A DNA stretch of 64,000 nucleotides from Candidatus Omnitrophota bacterium (GCA_041663665.1 JBAYMG010000001.1:193482-257481); one strand, 5' to 3'; shown: positions 28,286 to 36,281, numbered from the stretch's first letter. Numbers and translations: made by a program. The notes: generated by a model not told the origin, from the letters alone.

Positions 28286-29806
28286 ATGAAGTATGCTCAG
28301 GGTATAAAAACGACACTTGAAGCATTGCTCCTTTTGGCTCTGATTGCTTATTTCATATTTATCGGCAAGGATAAGCTGGCGGCATTTTATTATAATCGTG
28401 GCCGTGATTATTATGAAGCTGAATCGTACAAAGAGGCTATAAAATCTTTTAATAGATCACTTGAAATCAGCCCCTTGATTAGTAAAACCCATTATAGCTT
28501 AGCGAATGCCTATGGGGCGGATGGCCAGGCAGAGAAAGCAATTGAAGAATATAAGAAATCAATTCAAGTAGATGAACATTTTCTTTGGGGTTATGAAGCT
28601 TTAGTCGATATCTATCTGCAGAAGAGAGATTATTCAGAAGCATTTGCTTTATTAAAAGTGGCAGAGTCCCATCTTCCGGAAAGTCAGGAGATCCAGGATT
28701 TAATAAATACCGCTTCCTTTAAACAAGTGGCTTATTATATGAATAGCGGAGTTGATGCGTTTTTAGCCGGGGAGAAATCAAAAGGTTATGAATTATTAAA
28801 TCAGGCGCTTGAAATTAATCCGGAATTTGCCGGCGCCTATTACACTTTGGGTTATTTTTATTACACTGAAAATAAATACGATAAGGCTTTGTCGATGTTA
28901 AATAAGGCGCTTAGTTTGGATAGTAAGTTTGTCCTTACCCATAAACTGTTGGGGGATATTTATTTTGGAAAAGGTGTTTTTAATAAGGCGATTGATGAGT
29001 ATAAAGAGGCGATAATGATCAATGACCGTGACCCGATTCTTTTTAATAATTTAGGTTTGTCTTATATGAACCTGGAGGATTATAATGAAGCGGTTAAGTT
29101 TTTAGAGCGGGCTGTAGATTTGGATTCCTCTAATATAAATTTTCATTATAATTTAGCTAGTGTATATCGGGATGCCGGCAGGGCTAAGGATGCTCTTCCT
29201 GAATATTTAGAGGTTGTTAAATATCAGCCGGAGTATCTTAATGTACATAATGATTTGGGGGATATTTATAAACACAAAGGCCAGCCGGATCAGGCATTAA
29301 CGGAATATCAAAAGGAAGTTAAATACTGCCGAGTTAAACTTTTATCAACCGGTGATGATCCGGTTCTTTTAAACATTATGGCGTATGCTTATAATGGTTT
29401 AGGCCAATATGCTAAAGCCAAAGAGTTAATAGTTAAGGCATTAACTATTAAGCCTGATAGCCGCGAAGCGCATTTAACTTATGCTAATATACTCAATAAT
29501 CTTGGGGAACATCAGAGTGCATTGCAAAGTTTGGATAGGGCCAAGAAATTATCCGGGCGTAAGCAGGTTTTTATTGAACAGAAAGTTGAAGACTTAAAAG
29601 AGGAATTAAGGGGCATTGCTGCTTCTAAAGAAGGTCCAAAGTTTAATTCGACGGATGCGGTATATTTAAAGAATGGCCGTCATTTTGAAGGGGTTATTAT
29701 CGGAGAAACAAAGGATAAGGTAACTTTAAAAATAAACTTGGGCACTTCTATCGGTACTGTTACATTATCTAAAGATGATATTCTGCGCAAAGTTAGTAAG
29801 AATTAA
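28286..29806 (+). CDS. TPR-repeat protein with N-terminal TM anchor
   Basis: Multiple 34-aa TPR-like units (W/LG..Y.....Y..A...Y...). Confidence 0.7.
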   Translation: MKYAQGIKTTLEALLLLALIAYFIFIGKDKLAAFYYNRGRDYYEAESYKEAIKSFNRSLEISPLISKTHYSLANAYGADGQAEKAIEEYKKSIQVDEHFLWGYEALVDIYLQKRDYSEAFALLKVAESHLPESQEIQDLINTASFKQVAYYMNSGVDAFLAGEKSKGYELLNQALEINPEFAGAYYTLGYFYYTENKYDKALSMLNKALSLDSKFVLTHKLLGDIYFGKGVFNKAIDEYKEAIMINDRDPILFNNLGLSYMNLEDYNEAVKFLERAVDLDSSNINFHYNLASVYRDAGRAKDALPEYLEVVKYQPEYLNVHNDLGDIYKHKGQPDQALTEYQKEVKYCRVKLLSTGDDPVLLNIMAYAYNGLGQYAKAKELIVKALTIKPDSREAHLTYANILNNLGEHQSALQSLDRAKKLSGRKQVFIEQKVEDLKEELRGIAASKEGPKFNSTDAVYLKNGRHFEGVIIGETKDKVTLKINLGTSIGTVTLSKDDILRKVSKN

Positions 29807-29847
29807 TTAGGGTTAGCTGAGTTACCTTTATCCCTATTTATTTTTTC

Positions 29848-29879
29848 TTGACAGACCACACATTTGTGTGGTATATATA
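29848..29879 (+). promoter_or_regulatory. lexA promoter with palindromic operator: TTGACA -35, CCACACA-TT-TGTGTGG palindrome, TATATA -10
   Basis: TTGACA at 29848-29853; perfect 7-bp-arm palindrome at 29856-29871; TATATA immediately after; ATG at 29883, so the transcript is leaderless or near-leaderless. Confidence 0.55.
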
Positions 29880-29882
29880 ACC

Positions 29883-30485
29883 ATGAAAGAGAAGCCATTT
29901 TTGACGCCAAAACAGGAGCAGGTGCTTAATTTTATTCGAAAACGGGTAGGGGAGAGGCTCCCTCCTACAATTCGTGAAATAGGAGAGGAGCTGGGATTTA
30001 AATCTACAGGTACGGTAAGGGACTATCTTAAGGCATTAATGCAGAAAGGTCTGGTGAAGCGGATGAATAATAAATCCAGAGCAATTGAGCTAACTGAACG
30101 CGCATCAATTAAAATTCCCATAATTGGTACCATAAATGCCGGTAAGCCGAATTTGGCTTATGAAGAAATTCAAGGTTATGTTGATGCTGATGATTTGTTT
30201 CTTGGCCGCTTAGGCTTTGATGATGTTTTTGCTTTGAGGATTAAAGGCGACAGCATGATTGATGCCGGGATACTTAATGGCGATATTGCTGTGATTAAGA
30301 AACGCCCGAATGCCGACAATAATGATATAGTTGCTGCGTTGCTGGATAATAATGAGGTTACCTTAAAGAGGTTAAGCAGTAAATCCGGCAAGTTTCATCT
30401 GGAAGCTGCGAATGCCAATTATGCGCCGATTTTTGAAGAGTTTAAAGTTATTGGTAAGTTGATTACGGTGATCAGAAAATATTAA
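29883..30485 (+). CDS. lexA: LexA repressor
   Basis: N-terminal winged HTH (LTPKQEQVLNFI...IREIGEELGFKSTGTV); C-terminal S24 peptidase (GDSMIDAGI; Lys in IAVIKKR). Confidence 0.9.
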   Translation: MKEKPFLTPKQEQVLNFIRKRVGERLPPTIREIGEELGFKSTGTVRDYLKALMQKGLVKRMNNKSRAIELTERASIKIPIIGTINAGKPNLAYEEIQGYVDADDLFLGRLGFDDVFALRIKGDSMIDAGILNGDIAVIKKRPNADNNDIVAALLDNNEVTLKRLSSKSGKFHLEAANANYAPIFEEFKVIGKLITVIRKY

Positions 30486-30546
30486 AGATTGTTAAGGTGC
30501 ACTTGACATTAAGTGGAAATAGAGTAAAATTTGATTGAGGGTTATT

Positions 30547-31122
30547 ATGATAAATTATACACCGCCAACCAAACACACTTCATTATTTTATAATTCTCAA
30601 GAAGAATATCTGGATATTGTTGTGCCTTATCTTAAGGCAGGATTAGAAAATAATGAACTTTGTACCTGGGTTGTCCCGGAAACATTAAAAATTGAAGATG
30701 CTCAGGAGTATTTAAATAAAGTTTCAGAAAATCTGAATAGTTATCTGGAAAAGGAACAACTATTAATTAAGGGCCATCAAGATTTTTATTTAAAAGATGG
30801 CGTATTTTCTGCCTATAGAACTATAGATGCTGTTGTGGAATTAGAAAAAAAGGCTTTAAAGAAAGGATTTAAAGGAATGCGGGGTACAGGAGATTGCAGC
30901 TGGGCGTTAGATGCTTGTTGGTTTAGTTTTTTGATGTATGAAAAAGAGCTGAATAAAGTTATCGAAGAATATAAAATAAGAGCCTTATGTTCGTACTCTA
31001 TACCTGCGCTTGATTTAAAAAAGATCCGTGATATAGGAACAAGTCATCAATCGTCTTTAGTCAGGCAAACAGACAATTGGAACAGGCTTGATTCCCAGGA
31101 ATTTGAGAAAGTCAATATTTGA
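30547..31122 (+). CDS. MEDS-domain-like protein (DcmR-type sensory domain)
   Basis: HTSLFYNSQEEYLDIVVPYLKAGLENNELCTWVV matches the N-terminal H..FY..eE.l....fl..Gl..gE.c motif of MEDS as I recall it; GAGGG RBS lies before the ATG at 30547. Confidence 0.45.
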   Translation: MINYTPPTKHTSLFYNSQEEYLDIVVPYLKAGLENNELCTWVVPETLKIEDAQEYLNKVSENLNSYLEKEQLLIKGHQDFYLKDGVFSAYRTIDAVVELEKKALKKGFKGMRGTGDCSWALDACWFSFLMYEKELNKVIEEYKIRALCSYSIPALDLKKIRDIGTSHQSSLVRQTDNWNRLDSQEFEKVNI

Positions 31123-31155
31123 CAAGTTTTATCCTCAGTATAATTCCTAATAAAA

Positions 31156-31464
31156 ATGAATCAAAATAGTTTTAGCCCTAAAGCCCGCTGGGATAGATTT
31201 GAACCGGACAAAACCGGTTTTAATCCGGATTGTCTAAATGAACGTATTGAGGTCCTGGCGTTTTTTAAGCATACCAAAATTTTCCCCAAAAGTTTCATTT
31301 GGAATAATAAAGAATATAAAATTGAGACTATTACTTATAACTGGCAGGAACGTATTGGCCAGGCATTGATCAATTATTTTTCTGTACTAAGTAGCGGCCA
31401 AATGTATCAGATTTCTTTTAATAATTCCACTTTCCGCTGGCAGATAGACAAATTAATGCAATAA
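31156..31464 (+). CDS. hypothetical protein
   Basis: 102-aa ORF between the MEDS-like gene and dinB. Confidence 0.4.
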   Translation: MNQNSFSPKARWDRFEPDKTGFNPDCLNERIEVLAFFKHTKIFPKSFIWNNKEYKIETITYNWQERIGQALINYFSVLSSGQMYQISFNNSTFRWQIDKLMQ

Positions 31465-31545
31465 AAATCCCGGTAAGTTTGATTAAATACCTTAAGCTCT
31501 GGTCTGAAATGAAATTTCGCGTAGCGGGAGTAGAAAGAAATTACC

Positions 31546-32652
31546 ATGATTTTACATGTTGATATGGATGCTTTTTTTGCTTCGATTGAACAGGCAATTA
31601 ATCCGCGGCTTAAGGATAAGCCTTTAATCGTTGGTTCACGCGGCAATAAAATGCACACTGTAGTTTGTGCGGCCAGTTACGCTGCCAAAGCTTTGGGTAT
31701 ATATTCCGGAATGCCTTCCAGGGAAGCATTTGCCAGATGTCCAAATTTAGAGTTTGTGGAAGCTGATCAATCTAAGTATATTTGGACTTCGGAGCAGATT
31801 TTTGAGCTTTTAAAAAGCTTTAATTTTCCCCTGAATTATGCCTCAATTGATGAGTTCCAAATGGACTTAGGTGCCCATGAAAACCCGGTAAGTTTGGGTA
31901 ACGAACTTCGAAAGCAGATCTATGCAGACTTTAACATTACTGCTTCAGTAGGCATTGCCAAGAATTGGCTTTTAGCAAAACTTGCTTCTAAGCTGAATAA
32001 ACCAGATGGCTTGGCTTTGATTAATGATGAAAATTTTGAGGCAGTTTTACGGAAGACTTCATTAGATGAATTATGCGGTATGGGCGGTAAAACCGGTCAA
32101 GTTTTTATTGCTCAGGGCTTAAAAACCTGCTGGGACTTATACCTAAACTTACCGGCTTTTTTTGATAATAATCCTAGTAAGTTTGATGAAAATCCCGGTA
32201 AGTCTAGTGAATTGCCTAAGTCGGTTAGTCATTCATATACTTTGCCAAAAGTTCAAATAAACCACCAGGTTATTCAGGCCTGGATTAGGCTTTTGGCTGA
32301 GATGGTTGGTACCAGGTTGCGGCAGCAAAATTTAGTTAGCGCAACTGTGCATCTTTGGTTAAATGGCCCGGAAATCGGTAATTTTGGAGCTCAGAAAACT
32401 TACCCAAATCAGGCCACAAATGATGGTTTCGAGATCTACCAGAGAGCTTCTAAGGTAATGGCTAGATTAGCCGCTAAAAATCCCAGAATTCGGGCAATTG
32501 GGGTTACCTGCAGCAGTCTTTCTTTAAGCGTCTATCAACCCTTGTTTAGTGAAGAAATCCGCAGGGAGGGCCTTATAAAGGCTTTAGACCGTATAAATAA
32601 CCGCTTCGGAGAGGGGTCAATTTATCCCGCAATAACTTCTTTTACCCGTTAA
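31546..32652 (+). CDS. dinB: DNA polymerase IV (Y-family translesion polymerase)
   Basis: ILHVDMDAFFASIEQ catalytic motif with Asp/Glu retained; 368 aa. Confidence 0.85.
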   Translation: MILHVDMDAFFASIEQAINPRLKDKPLIVGSRGNKMHTVVCAASYAAKALGIYSGMPSREAFARCPNLEFVEADQSKYIWTSEQIFELLKSFNFPLNYASIDEFQMDLGAHENPVSLGNELRKQIYADFNITASVGIAKNWLLAKLASKLNKPDGLALINDENFEAVLRKTSLDELCGMGGKTGQVFIAQGLKTCWDLYLNLPAFFDNNPSKFDENPGKSSELPKSVSHSYTLPKVQINHQVIQAWIRLLAEMVGTRLRQQNLVSATVHLWLNGPEIGNFGAQKTYPNQATNDGFEIYQRASKVMARLAAKNPRIRAIGVTCSSLSLSVYQPLFSEEIRREGLIKALDRINNRFGEGSIYPAITSFTR

Positions 32653-32754
32653 TAGTTAACAAAATCCCCGTAAAAAAATTTTTAATTAAAGGCAAAAAAT
32701 CTAGAGAAGATGGCGCATGTATTCCGCTTAAATTGTCAGGTATAAAATAACGCG

Positions 32755-32768
32755 GTAAGTTTAAGTAA
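32755..32768 (+). repeat. left arm of the 14-bp inverted repeat GTAAGTTTAAGTAA flanking dif
   Basis: Exact reverse-complement partner at 32928-32941. Confidence 0.7.
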
Positions 32769-32856
32769 AAAAGAAACGGCTTTTCCACAGCTTAAAAACA
32801 GGCTTTAGTAAAGTGTTATCTCCCATTGGTTTATGAACACTTAGCAAATACAGACA

Positions 32857-32884
32857 AGTTAACATAATGTACATTATAGGAAGT
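32857..32884 (-). other. dif: dif-like XerC/XerD chromosome dimer resolution site
   Basis: The reverse complement ACTTCCTATAATGTACATTATGTTAACT matches B. subtilis dif ACTTCCTAGAATATATATTATGTAAACT at 24 of 28 positions. Its XerD arm TTATGTTAACT matches E. coli TTATGTTAAAT at 10 of 11. It sits exactly at the convergent strand switch. Confidence 0.75.
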
Positions 32885-32927
32885 AGACTAAAAGGGCAAA
32901 ATAGACTAAAACTGCTCATGGTGCACT

Positions 32928-32941
32928 TACTTAAACTTACT
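32928..32941 (-). repeat. right arm of the inverted repeat (TTACTTAAACTTAC on +)
   Basis: Perfect 14-nt match to the revcomp of 32755-32768; abuts the stop codon of the DUF134 gene. Confidence 0.7.
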
Positions 32942-33301
32942 TCAATTTTTACTTGGTTTTGTGTTAGTTAAATTTATAGGATTTTGTTTTACATCCTGGC
33001 GGGAACTTAGTATATATTGGCCTCCTTGAATTCTTATGGCTGATCCGGTAGTTATCCCTTTAGCGATTAAACCTCTGGCTTTTTTTAAGATTCGGCTAAA
33101 GGTTTGTTGGGATATACGCATTGAGCTGGCTGCTTCTTTTTGGCTTAAATTTAAGCAATCGGCTAGCCTCAGGGCTTCAAATTCGTCCATTCTAAGCCCT
33201 ACTTCGTCTGGCCTGCCAGGCTTGCCTCTGGGGCTAAATTGGCTTATTTTAGGGTCAACTTTGACTATTCTATATTTCTTGGGTCTTCCGCGCGCTCGCA
33301 T
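32942..33301 (-). CDS. DUF134 (UPF0251) predicted DNA-binding protein
   Basis: RGRPKK...VKVDPKISQFSPRGKPG...LRMDEFEALRLADCLNLSQKEAASSMRISQQTFSRILKKAR...AIRIQGG fits the DUF134 pattern. Confidence 0.6.
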   Translation of the reverse strand: MRARGRPKKYRIVKVDPKISQFSPRGKPGRPDEVGLRMDEFEALRLADCLNLSQKEAASSMRISQQTFSRILKKARGLIAKGITTGSAIRIQGGQYILSSRQDVKQNPINLTNTKPSKN

Positions 33302-33312
33302 TAATTTTCCTC

Positions 33313-33387
33313 AAACTTACTTAAATTTAACGCCCAGGTTAATATGAGTACATACTCATAAGTAACATTTAAAAAGTATTTTGTCAA
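33313..33387 (-). promoter_or_regulatory. DUF134 upstream region: -35 TTGACA (revcomp of 33382-33387), palindrome ATGAGTACATACTCAT (33344-33359) and a third TTAAGTAAGTTT motif copy (33313-33328)
   Basis: All elements read directly from the sequence; the palindrome has 7-bp arms. Confidence 0.4.
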
Positions 33388-33402
33388 GCACAAAATCAGG
33401 GT

Positions 33403-34350
33403 TTATTTTTGATAAATTTTACGGAAATATTCTACGGTTCTACGCAGGCCTTCTTCAAAGGTTATCTTTGATTTATAGGTTAGTTTTTCTTTGATTTTGG
33501 TAATATCGGCCAGGGTTTTATAAACATCCCCAAGCCTTACCGGAAGGTGTTTTGGAGCTATATTTTTACCGATTATTTTGTTCAAAACTTCAACTAATTC
33601 CATGACTGTTTTATCCTGGCCATTGGCAACATTGAATACTTCATGTTTAATTCCGGTAGTTGTTGCCGCAAGGATATTTGCTTCAACTATGTCATCAATA
33701 TAGGTGAAATCGCGGGATTGTTTGCCAGTACCAAAAATAGGCGGTTGTTCATCGCGTAAAATACAATGAATAAATTTTGGGATAACTACAGCATATTCAT
33801 CATCCAAAGCTTGTCTTGGCCCAAAGACATTAAAATAACGCAGTCCGACAGTTTCCAGTCCGTAAGCATTTGTAAAGATCCGGCAATAGTACTCGTTTGC
33901 AAGTTTACCTAGAGCGTATGGTGATATGAGCAAAGGAAAAGCGTCCTCCCTTTCCGGGAATTGCTCAACATCTCCATAAACTGAGCTGGAAGATGCGAAA
34001 ACAAACCGTTTTATCTTGTTTTTTAACGCTGCCTGAAGCATAAATAGCGTACCATCAATATTTACCCGATTATAATTAAGCGGATCATGCATTGATTTGG
34101 GTACGCTGCGTAATGCGGCTTCGTGAAACACATAGTCTATGCCAACACAGGCTTTATTGCAGGTGGATTGGTTGCGGATGTCGCCTTTGATTAGTTGGAA
34201 ATTACGGGAATATTCTTTAGCAAAAAGCAGGTTTTCCCGCTTGCCACTAGAAAAATTATCCAAAACACGGACAAAGTTGCCTTCTTTAAGCAATCTTTCT
34301 GTGATATGTGAACCGATAAAACCTGCACCGCCAGTGACTAAAAAACGCAT
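33403..34350 (-). CDS. NAD-dependent epimerase/dehydratase (SDR family, UDP-sugar 4-epimerase-like)
   Basis: VTGGAGFIGSH Rossmann motif; YxxxK context. Confidence 0.85.
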   Translation of the reverse strand: MRFLVTGGAGFIGSHITERLLKEGNFVRVLDNFSSGKRENLLFAKEYSRNFQLIKGDIRNQSTCNKACVGIDYVFHEAALRSVPKSMHDPLNYNRVNIDGTLFMLQAALKNKIKRFVFASSSSVYGDVEQFPEREDAFPLLISPYALGKLANEYYCRIFTNAYGLETVGLRYFNVFGPRQALDDEYAVVIPKFIHCILRDEQPPIFGTGKQSRDFTYIDDIVEANILAATTTGIKHEVFNVANGQDKTVMELVEVLNKIIGKNIAPKHLPVRLGDVYKTLADITKIKEKLTYKSKITFEEGLRRTVEYFRKIYQK

Positions 34351-34372
34351 TAGATGGTATGATTTAATTTGA

Positions 34373-34768
34373 TTATAGTTTATAAACTTTATCGTCTTGC
34401 CTGACCCGGGAGCTTACTTGCAAGCCTATTTCATCGCCTTTTTTGGCTTTTGAAATGTTAACTCTATCCATTTGCATGGAAGTAATTGTTTGAGTGAAAT
34501 CTGTAGTGTGGCCTTTTATTTTTAAAGTTTCTCCCATTGCTAGCGGCGCCTTTAACTTAATTACGGCGGCCTGAACATGTGGAAAATAATGTGTAACTAT
34601 ACCGATTAGCTTGCCGGCTTTTTTTAGTGTAACCTTTGTTTTGGCAAGCGGTTTATTTTTAACCGTTTTCTTGATTATTTTTTTTGCTGTTTTTTTGACA
34701 ATCTTTTTAACGGTTTTTTTTACTGTCTTTTTTTTAGTTATTTTTTTTATTTTCTTTTTTAAAGCCAT
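34373..34768 (-). CDS. histone-H1-like Lys-rich tail fused to an EF-Tu domain-2-like beta-barrel
   Basis: N-terminal KKTVKKTVKKIVKKTAKKIIKKTVK repeats; C-terminal IGIVTHYFPHVQAAVIKL...GETLKIKGHTTDFTQTITSMQMDRVNISKAKKGDEIGL resembles small translation-elongation-factor-like barrel proteins. Confidence 0.55.
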   Translation of the reverse strand: MALKKKIKKITKKKTVKKTVKKIVKKTAKKIIKKTVKNKPLAKTKVTLKKAGKLIGIVTHYFPHVQAAVIKLKAPLAMGETLKIKGHTTDFTQTITSMQMDRVNISKAKKGDEIGLQVSSRVRQDDKVYKL

Positions 34769-34779
34769 GGCGAATCTCC

Positions 34780-35106
34780 TTATAGGACTATTTTGTCCGA
34801 TATTTCGCTCACAACCGGTATACGGCTATAAACACCTAGCGCAGCCTGCATAATTCCCCAGACTGAAACTAAAAGGAATAAAACATAGCCGAAAATTCCG
34901 ATCAACCAGCCCAGGAAAGGTATGATTGATAAAATAAACGCGGTAACTTCCATAACGAAAAGCACCAGGCCTTGTCTGGCGTGGTAAAGAGCGAATTTAT
35001 TGCTTTTTTTAAGAATAAGCGTAATTATGCAGAGAAAAGAAATATAAGAAATTACTGCAAAAAATTTACCTTCGATAATTTCCTGTTCTTCGGGTGTGTG
35101 GGTCAT
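34780..35106 (-). CDS. DUF4870 membrane protein
   Basis: GKFFAVISYISFLCIITLILKKSNKFALYHARQGLVLF matches the DUF4870 core; 4-nt overlap with the ParA gene. Confidence 0.5.
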   Translation of the reverse strand: MTHTPEEQEIIEGKFFAVISYISFLCIITLILKKSNKFALYHARQGLVLFVMEVTAFILSIIPFLGWLIGIFGYVLFLLVSVWGIMQAALGVYSRIPVVSEISDKIVL

Positions 35107-36218
35107 TTATTTACCTCAAGTAGTGAATCCAGTGTTCCGTAGGTGTTTAGTTGAACTTGCGGGTTAGCCGGATCCTCGACCCAGTTTCCGTCGATAACAA
35201 ATCGGTAACGATATTTGCCGTCTTCCAGGTTTAGTTGTTTAGTCCAGCAGCCGTTAGATTGTTCCATTTTACTGCTTTCGTCAAGTTTCCAGCTGTTGAA
35301 TTCGCCTGCCAGATAAACTTCTTTGGCGTTTGGTGCTTGGATTGAAAGTTTAATCTCATTTAATTTTGGTAGGCTCTCTTGTATTTTTGGCAGATTTTCC
35401 TGGAGAATCACCTGCATGCGTTTTTCGAATATTTTTGGCAGATTAGCAGCCGGTTGAGGCGTTGTTTCCTGAGTGATAATTTCACGTGAAAGGCTGAAAT
35501 AGTCTTTTGCCCCGCGGCAGTATTTATCATAGGCAAAAACGTGCAGGCCTTCATTTTGAGCTTCCTTAAGTTTTACGTTTACATGGATAATATTTGAAAA
35601 CATTTTATTGCTATAATCGCTTTTAATTTTTTCCAGCATTTTGAATGAATGTGCTAATCGAGAATCAAAATTTGTAACTAAGACACCAAAGTCTACTTTG
35701 TGGCCTAATCTTTCGGTGATTAAATCAATAATACTGGTAAGTTGAGATAATCCTTCAAGTGAAAATCTGCTGGCTTCAACCGGAATAATGATTTCGCTTG
35801 CTGCACGGATGGCGTTAATGGTTAAGATGCCCAGGTTCGGCGGGCAGTCAATTAAGATGTAATCATAGTTAGAACCGAAATTTTTTAATATATCCCAGAG
35901 TCGGGATTCACGGCCGATCTCTCCGCTTAATTCCTGCTCAAGCGTGCTTAAGATTATTGAGGATGGTGCGATATCAAAATTTTCGCCGAAGTTTTGGATA
36001 ATATCTCCCAGGGAGCTTTTTTTATGGGCGATTTTTGATAAGACATTGTAGATACTTAGATCGGCTTTAATATTTAAGCCGCTGGTTGCGTGTGACTGCG
36101 GATCAAGGTCAATGAGTAAAACTTTACGGTTATTTGTTGCCAATGCTGCAGCTAGGTTTATCGAGGTAGTTGTTTTACCGCAGCCGCCTTTTTGGTTGGC
36201 AATTGAGATAATTCGCAT
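35103..36218 (-). CDS. ParA/MinD-family ATPase fused to a C-terminal AMPK-beta-type glycogen-binding domain (CBM48)
   Basis: Deviant Walker A KGGCGKTT. The C-terminal KEVYLAGEFNSWK...EDGKYRYRFVIDGNWVEDPANPQ...GTLDSLLEV closely parallels the AMPK beta GBD (KEVYLSGSFNNW...EGEHQYKFFVDGQW..DP). Start at the ATG at 36218, preceded by GGGAGGG. Confidence 0.8.
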   Translation of the reverse strand: MRIISIANQKGGCGKTTTSINLAAALATNNRKVLLIDLDPQSHATSGLNIKADLSIYNVLSKIAHKKSSLGDIIQNFGENFDIAPSSIILSTLEQELSGEIGRESRLWDILKNFGSNYDYILIDCPPNLGILTINAIRAASEIIIPVEASRFSLEGLSQLTSIIDLITERLGHKVDFGVLVTNFDSRLAHSFKMLEKIKSDYSNKMFSNIIHVNVKLKEAQNEGLHVFAYDKYCRGAKDYFSLSREIITQETTPQPAANLPKIFEKRMQVILQENLPKIQESLPKLNEIKLSIQAPNAKEVYLAGEFNSWKLDESSKMEQSNGCWTKQLNLEDGKYRYRFVIDGNWVEDPANPQVQLNTYGTLDSLLEVNK

Positions 36219-36281
36219 TAGCAATCCCTCCCTGCGCAAGATGCGCTTACCGGTTTTTCTTGATATAAAAACCGGCGATGA

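Noticed and set aside
31468-33328. GGTAAGT as a eukaryotic 5' splice-site consensus, or a group II intron
   Set aside because: This is a prokaryotic context, and there is no intron-encoded protein or domain V-like structure; the resemblance is coincidental.
34611-34853. 80-aa Phe-rich ORF on the + strand
   Set aside because: It is the mirror image of the Lys-rich (AAA/AAG) repeats of the - strand H1-like gene: TTT/CTT on the opposite strand.
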